A DNA stretch of 10,765 bases from Selaginella moellendorffii (lineage: Eukaryota > Plantae > Lycopodiophyta): contig NW_003314589.1 in assembly GCF_000143415.4 (NCBI RefSeq), forward strand, positions 1 through 10,765. The letters are read 5' to 3'. The notes under the pieces were generated by a model. That model made no database searches. It was given only the letters and a program-made list of their open reading frames with translations, and was not told the origin of the DNA. The position numbers and the translations under genes were made by a program. The stretch's first letter is position 1. Every line of letters begins with the position of its first letter. Positions 1-10,765 of the stretch are shown piece after piece.

Positions 1-69
1 AAGACTGGTAGTCCCAGGCGCGCCAGACGACAGATTAGCGCCGGTGTTCCGTAGTCGGTCGCACCAAGG

Positions 70-1146
70 AGCTGGAGATTTCTTGAAGCAAAGAAGCTGT
101 TTGATAGAATGGAACGAGATCATGATTCTCACAAAAGACTGAGCAATCCAGTCCCATGGAACTCTATGATCGTTGCGCATGCTCAGTGCGGAGATCTTGA
201 TGGAGCACGAAAGTTCTTTGCGAGGATGGCGCAGAGAGATTGCGTGTCGTGGGCAACACTTATCAACTCTTTTGCGCAGCATGGCTGCACTAATCTAGCA
301 AGAGACACATATGAGAGAATGCCACAGCACGATGTTATAGCGTGGACTGGAATGCTCCGAGCAAACTCCCAGTGCGGTGAAATCGATCAAGTACACAATT
401 TCTTTGATTCAATGCCTCAAAGAAACCTTGTGTCGTGGACACTTTTCCTAGCAGCACTTTGAAATCAAGATAATCTTGCAAAAGATAGAAGAGTGTTTGA
501 TCTGATGCCCCAGAGAGACAGCGTTCCTTGGAATGTTATGATCACTGCATATGCCCAACGAGGGCATGTAAACGAAGCAAAGTACTTTTTTGACAGTGTA
601 GAAGTTCCAAACGTTATCACGTGGAATTGCATGATCGGAGCGTATGGGCAAAATGGACACTTAGACGATGCTTGGGCATTGTTTAAACGCTGTTTACAGC
701 CAAACATAGTGACCTGGAACGTTCTTATCGTGTCGTTTGCCCAGAATCTACATTGTGCTGAGTCCATTCATCTCTTTGACGTCTTGAATCTGGAAGGATT
801 CAAGCCAGACGAGCTGAGTTTCATGGGCCTTTTGATTGCTTGCTGCCACCTTGGGCTGGTAATTGCTGCTAGAGATACCTTGGCTTCAATGGTTTTTGAC
901 TACGATATAAGCCCTGAGCGAGATCACTACTGCTGCTTGATCGGTGTTCTTGCGGGAGCTGGGCTCTTGGATGATGCTGAGGATCTCATCAACACAATGC
1001 CATTTCTTCCAGATGTTTCCAACTGGGGATGCTTCGTGAGTGCCTGTAAGATCCACTCTGTTGGAGTGGATAGGAGTGTTGGTGCTGCTTGCAATGCCAT
1101 CGCGATGGATCCTAAAAACTCAGCGCCATACAACAATTTTTACTGA
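70..1146 (+). pseudogene. PLS-class pentatricopeptide repeat (PPR) gene with E-type C-terminus, copy 1; 5'-truncated, with a nonsense codon
   Basis: ORFs 109-462 and 493-1146 are in one frame and carry tandem PPR motifs (e.g. MPQRDSVPWNVMITAYAQRGH, PNVITWNCMIGAYGQNGHLDDA, PDELSFMGLLIACCHLG, HYCCLIGVLAGAGLLDDAEDLINTMPFLPDVSNWGCFVSACKIH). TGA at 460-462 replaces the TGC of copy 2 (10070-10072). Homology to copy 2 starts only at ~70, with a 1-nt T deletion at ~79-81. Confidence 0.9.
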
Positions 1147-1381
1147 TGAGTGGTTAAACTAGCATTTTGGTATATTTAAATTTTTTGTGAAGCTTTTTTC
1201 AATCTAACTCTCTCGAAAGTTGTTATACCAGAATATTTTACTGCTCCTGTAGTGTTGGAGCTCTGTTTCAAGGAATTCTTTACCTGCTCCAAATACTTCA
1301 AAACCACTTCTAAAACGAGCTCTTTTATAGTTAATTAAATCATTAATAATTAATTAATTATATTTAGGGTTTAAGGTCTAT

Positions 1382-2763
1382 TCAAGAGCACAACATGGAG
1401 AAGAAATGAAGTGTTATATTGCCCAAATAGATTCTATATGATTTTGAAATTGTGTATTTGAATTGTAGAATTTCAAGTCTGCAGCAAATGGATATTGCTA
1501 GTTCACACAACAGTGAAGGCAAGATCCAGAACAACATTATTGTATCGCCCACTAAACCAGTTAGGAAGCGATAGTGGTGGATAGTGTGGTAGTACCAGCT
1601 GCTGTCTTCCAAGTCATAAACCATCTTTGTTGTGCAGCTGATTCATGCAGAAGTAGCATGCACCTGTGGAGATGAAGTGAAGAGAAGAAGAGCGGAAGCT
1701 ACGATGGTGGATGACTCCAAGGATAATCGTATATAATATCATAGATATATATACATGATGAAGAGACATGTCTCTAGCCTACACCTGGATCAGTGAAGTG
1801 GCACTACTGCCACCTAGGATCATGTCATAGAGAGCATATACTCAACACTCCCTCTCGATCTCAATGACATCAATCTGAGATCACTCTCCCTCTGCATCCA
1901 AGCACTCTGTCGTATTCACGACAGAAATCTGTCTTTGCTCAGTGCCTCCTCTCAGCGCCTCTGCCAGCACCTTCTCACACCAGCGCTTCACTCAGCGCTC
2001 CAGTGGAGTCTCTGCTCGGCCAGCCCTCGGGGCCTCGTGCCACCACTCGGCTGATGGACACCATGGCAGTACATTGAATGTGAATCAAGCTTCTACCACT
2101 CTGATCCCGGTCCTCGTCCCAAACCAAGAGTTTGATTATGTCATCTTTATAATCCTATACAACCTGCCCTTGTACCAGTGGAAGCAAACCAACATCTGGA
2201 GTACTGTTGGAATTGGAATGGCTTTGCACAAATTGAGCCTTACATTGTATCTTTTCTGCATCATATACATCTTTCCAAGCTCTGAAATCCTGACAAGCTG
2301 GGGGTCATGGTCCTTGTTAGGAAGTGGTTGCCATGAATTTGTGAGGGAGAAGTAGACCTTGCACTTGCAAACCACATAGAGACGTCGCAAGGACTACAAG
2401 CAAGGACGTGATCCTCTTCACCTCAAGTATATAATAAAGAAAAAATTAGGTTCATACTTTTAGTTACCACGAAAGCATGACAAACCCATCTTTAGCTGTG
2501 TGGCACGCTAAAGCAAGAGTTAAGACCCAACTATTCTGGGCACTTAGATATGTGTATGCACGAACATCTTTATAGGAGACTGTTTTCAACTTGAAGGATG
2601 AGAACAACCCCTATACTGTGAACCAGAAAAAAATCTCTTTCTTTGTTCACAACCTTGTGACCTTTTCCTTGAGACCACCATGCCCGTCCCATTGTCCTAT
2701 GACCACCACCATATACTCTAGACCATCATATCCATGAGTTGCAAGGCCATGTGAAGGATATTT
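1382..2763 (-). pseudogene. Possible degenerate F-box/kelch-like (beta-propeller) gene remnant
   Basis: Collinear minus-strand peptides resemble kelch/F-box-associated blades: HGLATHGYDGLEYMVVVIGQWDG (~2752-2684), CKVYFSLTNSWQPLP, WYKGRLY, IIKLLVWDED (shifted frame), ECLDAEGE*SQIDVI, MVYDLEDSSW. There are plausible acceptors (cttgtag at 2400-2394, ctccacag near 1664) and several stops or frameshifts. No F-box motif was seen. Confidence 0.4.
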
Positions 2764-2899
2764 CTTTGCTCATCACCTGGTGAATAACAACAGCTACATA
2801 GCCTTTAGAGCTAATCCTTTACAAACAAATTGGTTAGACTTTTGAAAGAAAATTGAAACTTTAGCTTTATAACCATCTTGTGTTATTTAAGGCTATAAG

Positions 2900-4498
2900 T
2901 CATTTTTAGACTGTGCTTTCATAACACATTTTTTTTAATTATTGAATTTTTTTTTAGGATTCAAACGTACTAGATTACCTAACAAATACTCAAAGCTCTC
3001 AAAGCATAGGCAAACTTATTATTGAGCATTTAGCTGACAGCTATTTGATACAAAATTAAAAGAAGAGCATAATTATTTCATTGGTTATATGATTGACTTA
3101 GTTGTAAATTGATTTTTCTTTACTTTAAAGAAAAAGGACTTTTAGGATTGTGGTAGTAATGAAAGTATATTTCTCTTGTATTTATTAGTTATGATAAAAG
3201 TGAGAGACTAATAAGGACAAAAAAGCTTTTAGTTTCCCTACACATACACCACTTTAACTATTGAATTAACTTTTGATCCTGTTTAGTATATAAGTAATTT
3301 CTGTACCTCTTGTAGAATTTCTGCTATGTTGAATTATAACTTTATAAATTAATACAGAAAAGCTGATATAGTTGGACTTCTTTGGCAAATAGCCCTAGTA
3401 TATAGTTCGCCCATATATATATGTATGTATGTATGTATGTATATATGTATATATATATATATATAATAGTACTGTTTAGTATATAATATATAGTCTTTTA
3501 ACTAAAAAGGAAGAAAAATATACTCTAACTTTATAATGTCTATATTTGATGGTCACATAACTCAATTTTATTTTGCATTTGAATACCTTAAAAAGCCCAT
3601 ATAAATGAATTTCATCATAGTTTTATTCTAGAACCTGATAGATATAGTAATCTTGAAAATTACAATAAATCACATATTCTCAAGGTCATTAGTGTATATG
3701 TAAAATTCATAACTCTAATGAATTATTAAATTTATTTCTTTAATAAATTTAAAATATTTAATTAAAATTTTAAGGTATTATTATTATATATTTTACAAAA
3801 ATAAAAAATAACCTAATATATATAATCTATATAAGCTGGAAAGTTAAATGACCTCTTTAAAATATCAATAGTAGGAACTTAATAAATAAAAAATATTTTG
3901 TGTAAAATAAATTTTATAATTTTTAATAAATAGGTAAGAATTGCTGATGCAACCAGTTTAAACAACTAAAAACCTCTAAAACAATGATGATAATCATAAA
4001 GTGGTTAGTGCACTAAGTTAAAGTATTGCAACTAATAAAAAAACTAGGTCAGAGTATCATAATCTATTGAGATATACTAGAGGTAGTAAATTGTAATAAA
4101 TTTAAATAAATAATATGTATTAATACTAAAAAAATCACTTATATTTAAGAAAAATAATAAAATGATTAGAATGATATTTTAGAAAAATATTTAATTTTTT
4201 TTATATGGGTGGTAGGATAAACCTAGAATATGGTTGGATATTCTGGGATATTTTACCATTTAACAGTTAATATTTATTTAAATTAATCTTTTACTTATAA
4301 ACATATTTATAATTTATAAACACTTCCTAGTATATTCTACTTCATTCTACCATTGAAAGTTGTAATAAAATTAGAATTAAATTTATGTAAGTAACTATCC
4401 TAATTAATAGTGTTTAAAATATAAATAAGGTAATTATTGATTATATTATCATTAAAAATTAATAAATAAACAAGCAAGTTGCTTGTATGTAAATCTAC
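2900..4498. other. Very AT-rich, CpG-depleted non-coding tract, probably decayed transposon DNA
   Basis: No ORF in the track. I noticed only about two CpGs (near 2966 and 3408). There is an abrupt compositional boundary at ~4500. Confidence 0.6.
3413..3465. repeat. Compound (AT)n/(GTAT)n microsatellite
   Basis: atatatatatgtatgtatgtatgtatgtatatatgtatatatatatatatata. Confidence 0.95.
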
Positions 4499-4501
4499 TT
4501 G

Positions 4502-4797
4502 TACCTGAATAGCTTAAGGTACACAAGCTTTCATTCATTTTTGGTTTGAAAGTTCTAGAGTTTTTGTAACTTTCCTACAGCAAGCTATAATACAAGCTCC
4601 AAATAAGAAACTTTTACTTGAGGATTTTTTACATCCGGATCTGGTCTGCATCATGGAAAGCCATCAATTTACTCTGGAACTTCCCTCACACCTGTGCTGC
4701 TCAAATCCAGGCATCCGAGTTGGAGCCATCAAGTCGGCTCTTGGTACCAAAGACTATTCAACACTAGCTCTGGCGAGTTATGGACATTGGCACGCTT
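4502..4797 (+). pseudogene. Inverted, deletion-riddled subtilase fragment (end of exon 8 to start of exon 11)
   Basis: Collinear with the reverse complement of ~6476-5952. 4517-4549 aggtacacaagctttcattcatttttggtttga matches the start of intron 8 with 1 mismatch. 4672-4753 contains ctctggaacttc|cctcacacctgtgctgc|tcaaatccaggcatccgagttgg|agccatcaagtcggctct|ggtaccaaaga, which match exon 10 blocks and the intron 10 donor. Confidence 0.9.
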
Positions 4798-4799
4798 AA

Positions 4800-5120
4800 G
4801 TAAGCTTACTTCCATGTTAAAATCTCTATGTTTCATCTACACAAACCTCTAGGTGTTTGGCCCGCATCCAAGAGCATAACGAGCGGACAAAGGAAGAATC
4901 AAGTAGCAAATTAGTGACGGCTCCATCATAGTGAAAAGCCATTGAAGCAAAGGATTCTTTGCCCAAGGTGGGGATGAAGAGGACTAACTTAGTATATAAG
5001 ATCAGGCGTTGGCATAGAGTTCTCGTCTCTCTCATTGAGTTACAGATCAACCCCAAGCACAAGCCATCGAACAGTGCTGGGATCGTATGTTTTGTTGCTA
5101 CAATTTGACAGGAAATTCTC
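4800..5120 (+). pseudogene. Second inverted subtilase fragment (intron 4 to exon 6), heavily deleted
   Basis: aagcttacttcc..gttaa (intron 4), aggtgtttggcccgcatccaagagc (GVWPESKS exon start), ttagtgacgg..ccat..gcaaaggattctttg (weak match to DDGDSI..QKGIF), caagccatcga (QTIE) and gacaggaaattctc (DRKFS, 13/14). These occur in the same order as gene positions 7598 to 6943. Confidence 0.75.
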
Positions 5121-5121
5121 A

Positions 5122-5388
5122 AGCACAGTGTTGTACCGTGGACTAGAAATGCTCAGAGCAAACCCCAGTGCAGTGAATTTGATCAATCGAAAGCTCTTTT
5201 ATTCAACACCTCGATAAGATCCACTTTGAGACCAGGGGGAATTAAACGAATGTTTTGTAGAAAGTTTGGGTACTGCATTATTATGCCGAAAGAGGGCATC
5301 TTGGAAATGAAAGGGATTGAAGCTTGACGCACTGTTTTGCCGCCAAATCTTGTGACCTGGAGCATTCTTATCATGTCGACTGCCATCT
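5122..5388 (+). pseudogene. Third, highly decayed and internally deleted PPR fragment of the same family as the flanking copies
   Basis: 5122-5186 agcacagtgttgtaccgtggactagaaatgctcagagcaaaccccagtgcagtgaatttgatcaa aligns to 326-390. tatgccgaaagagggcat aligns to ~550-567. gccaaatcttgtgacctggagcattcttatcatgtcg aligns to ~699-735. ctgccatct weakly matches ~843-851. Confidence 0.85.
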
Positions 5389-5395
5389 CTTCAAC

Positions 5396-8196
<2,801 letters not shown>

Positions 8197-8486
8197 CGCT
8201 CCAGGGAAATCTTCTCCCCATGCGGCTCCATTTTAAAGGCTAAAGCGCGGGCGGAAGCTCCAACCACGGGCAAAGGCCACTCCGCCAGCCGATCAATAAG
8301 TCTCGTCCATTTCTATCGGATCACGCATCATATCACCAAAATCCAAAGAAAGAACCTCGCACGCATCATTCCCGCCAAATGCAGGCAACTTAAAACACTA
8401 AACCCCAGCTAGGGCTTTGTTTTACCGCATTAAAACAAAGACTAGACTTACAAGGAGTGTTAAATCACTCGCTCTCTCTCTCGTGT

Positions 8487-9033
8487 CTAGCTAGCTTCTA
8501 TGACGCCTTTGCTGTGAAGGGGCCGCAACGCTAGCCTTCTTATAATGCAACGTTTTTTGATGAGCAGCTTGATTAGGATGTACCCACTGTCCATAAGAAG
8601 AATTAGCAGCTGCGGTTCCACCACCACCACCACCACCACCACCACCGCCACTACCAGCGACACTACTAGCAGAAGGCGGTGGCGGAGGCCCTGGCGGTAG
8701 AGGTGGCCGCAAGACTGGAAATCCTCCGCCTGGATTCGACGAGCTATCCTCGACGATGGCTTACAAGAGCAGGGATTAAGCTTCTTTGCGAGTGGAAGCC
8801 GAGTCTCTCTAGCAGTGAAAGCGGATCTTGTGATTGATCCACGAAAATCCAGCAAAGAGAAAAGGTCGAGAACTTACACGATGGCAAATGGTGGAGAGAA
8901 ATCCCAGTGGAAGCCAACGCCTCCTGTGTGCTGCATGAAAGCTGCCATGTATCGCCATCGATCGAGGAGACTGGACCCTTGAATCCTCTGGTTCACCCAG
9001 CGATGCCCACATTCCATCCCATCCACTGTCATC
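8487..9033 (-). other. Possible small orphan gene or gene fragment (Pro/Gly-rich)
   Basis: GC-rich, with a low-complexity frame RPPLPPGPPPPPSASSVAGSGGGGGGGGGGG. Strong GTAAGT donor at 8877 and candidate acceptor tgctAG at 8809. No recognisable domain. Confidence 0.3.
8618..8646. repeat. (CCA)9 trinucleotide microsatellite
   Basis: ccaccaccaccaccaccaccaccaccacc; encodes poly-Gly or poly-Val on the minus strand. Confidence 0.95.
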
Positions 9034-9131
9034 CTCGATCAGGGCTGGATCCTGCAAGCCCTGGCGCGGTGGTGCGCCAGAGATCCCCGAGACATTGATA
9101 GCATAGCTTAAACCCTGGATGGAAGCTTTAC

Positions 9132-10756
9132 ATGGTTGCCAAGAACATCTTTCGCCGGGATGATCACTTGGAATCATACGCTTGTCTCGTCAGGTGCTGT
9201 GGTAACGCGAAAGATCTGAGCGATGCTCGCAAGATCCACGCTTTGATCGAAGGAACCCATTACAAGAACAACGTCTACATTGCGAATCTCCTCGTCCAAA
9301 TGTATGGCAAATGCGGGAGCTCTGGCGATGCACGCAGCGTGTTTGATTCCATTCTCACCGCCAACTCCTTTTCGTGGACAATCCTGCTCCAAGCCCACAT
9401 TCACAACCAGCAGCTCCACGAGGCCAAGCGCGTTTTCGATTCCATGCCCGGGAAGAATGTAGTGACTTGGAATGCGCTTCTTTCGGCAAATGCCAAAATC
9501 GGGCAAATTCATGAAGCGAGGCTTGTTTTCGATCGAATTCCAGAGTGGGACGTTGTTTGCATGAATGCTATTGTCACTGGGTTGGCGAGATCTGGAATGA
9601 TCATCCAGGCTAGAAACCAATTCGAAAACGTGCCTGAGAGAGACTCTGTGTCGTGGAATGTGATTATTTCGGCATATGCTCAAGCTGGAGATTTTCTTGA
9701 AGCAAAGAAGCTGTTTGACAGAATGGAACGAGACCATGATTCTCAAAAGAGACTGAGCAATCCAGTCCTATGGAACTCTATGATCGTTGCGCTCAGTGCG
9801 GAGATCTTGATGGAGCACAAAAGTTCTTTGCGAGGATGGCGCAGAGAGATTGCGTGTCGTGGGCAACACTTATCAACTCTTTTGCGCAGCATGGCTGCAC
9901 TAATCTAGCAAGAGACACATATGAGAGAATGCCACAGCACGATGTTATAGCGTGGACTGGAATGCTCCGAGCAAACTCCCAGTGCGGTGAAATCGATCAA
10001 GTACACAATCTCTTCGATTCAATGCCTCAAAGAAACCTTGTGTCGTGGACAGTTTTCCTAGAAACACTTTGCAATCAAGATAATCTTGCAAAAGCTAGAA
10101 GAGTGTTTGATCTGATGCCCCAGAGAGACAGCGTTCCTTGGAATGTTATGATCACTGCATATGCCCAACGAGGGCATGTAAACGAAGCAAAGTGCTTTTT
10201 TGACAGTGTAGAAGTTCCAAACGTTATCACGTGGAATTGCATGATCGGAGCGTATGGGCAAAATGGACACTTAGACGATGCTTGGGCATTGTTTAGACGC
10301 TGTTTACAGCCAAACATAGTGACCTGGAACGTTCTTATCGTGTCGTTTGCCCAGAATCTACATTGTGCTGAGTCCATTCATCTCTTTGAAGTCTTGAATC
10401 TGGAAGGGTTCAAGCCAGACGAGCTGAGTTTCATGGGCCTTTTGATCGCTTGCTGCCACCTTGGGCTGGTAATTGCTGCTAGAGATACCTTGGCTTCAAT
10501 GGTTTTTGACTACGATATAAGCCCTGAGCGAGATCACTACTGCTGCTTGATCGGTGTTCTTGCAGGAGCTGGGCTCTTGGATGATGCCGAGGATCTCATC
10601 AACACAATGCCATTTGTTCCAGATGTTTCCAACTGGGGATGCTTCGTGAGTGCCTGTAAGATCCACTCTGCTGGAGTGGATAGGAGTGTTGGTGCTGCTT
10701 TCAATGCCATCGCGATGGATCCTAAAAACTCAGCACCATACGACAATTTTTACTGA
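9132..10756 (+). pseudogene. PLS-class PPR gene with E-type C-terminus, copy 2; full length but frameshifted (~542 aa if repaired)
   Basis: ORF 9132-9908 has a typical PLS N-terminus (LVRCCGNAKDLSDARKIH...NVYIANLLVQMYGKCGS) and overlaps ORF 9770-10756. Copy 1 reads gttgcGCATgctcag and copy 2 reads gttgcgctcag at ~9790, a 4-nt deletion. Restoring it gives 1629 nt of open frame. No DYW domain. The frameshift could also be a sequencing error. Confidence 0.88.
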
Positions 10757-10765
10757 TGAGTGGTT

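Noticed and set aside
50-66. Minus-strand TGGTGCGACC as a possible primer-binding site
   Set aside because: No convincing tRNA 3'-end match that I can name and no adjoining LTR terminus.
448-1136. Minus-strand ORFs over the PPR copies (also 9174-9746 and 10058-10746)
   Set aside because: Antisense shadows of the PPR frame; conserved only because the DNA is duplicated.
1363-1372. TTTAGGGTTT telomere/telo-box motif
   Set aside because: Single occurrence downstream of a gene in AT-rich DNA; expected by chance.
1942-2355. 137-aa plus-strand ORF
   Set aside because: GTG start in a eukaryote, no domain, and antisense to the kelch-like remnant.
4736-4749. Minus-strand TGGTACCAAGAGCC resembling an LTR tRNA-iMet primer-binding site (TGGTATCAGAGCC)
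   Set aside because: Fully explained as a deletion junction in the subtilase remnant, and there is no adjacent LTR CA end.
4826-5386. Short ORFs 4826-5122, 5035-5217 and 5183-5386 as genes
   Set aside because: Chance frames over the remnant. DRKFS and MLRAN in 5035-5217 are leftovers of subtilase and PPR sequence.
8197-8237. Out-of-frame upstream ATGs (8231, 8221) and a TTTAAAA TATA-like element before the subtilase
   Set aside because: The transcription start is unknown, so a regulatory uORF or promoter cannot be supported.

Overview
Eukaryotic (land-plant) nuclear DNA. Very short introns (46-64 nt) and an intronless, S-motif-rich PLS-class PPR suggest a lycophyte such as Selaginella (inference). 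Contents: (1) two ~97.5% identical PLS-E-type PPR copies 9,610 bp apart, each broken by a different lesion; (2) an intact 11-exon S8A subtilase on the minus strand (5396-8187/8196, ~746-749 aa, full D/H/S triad); (3) a probable decayed F-box/kelch-like remnant (~1382-2763, minus); (4) a ~1.6 kb very AT-rich, CpG-depleted tract with microsatellites, hairpins and possible Helitron-like ends. The main finding is invisible in the ORF track. Positions ~4502-5388, starting ~7 nt past the subtilase stop codon, are a compressed mosaic of + strand fragments of subtilase and PPR genes, with short retained blocks (often 11-23 nt) separated by repeated 8-11 nt deletions. The subtilase 3' region would therefore be antisense both to its own coding sequence and to the PPR family. 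All alignments were done by eye.
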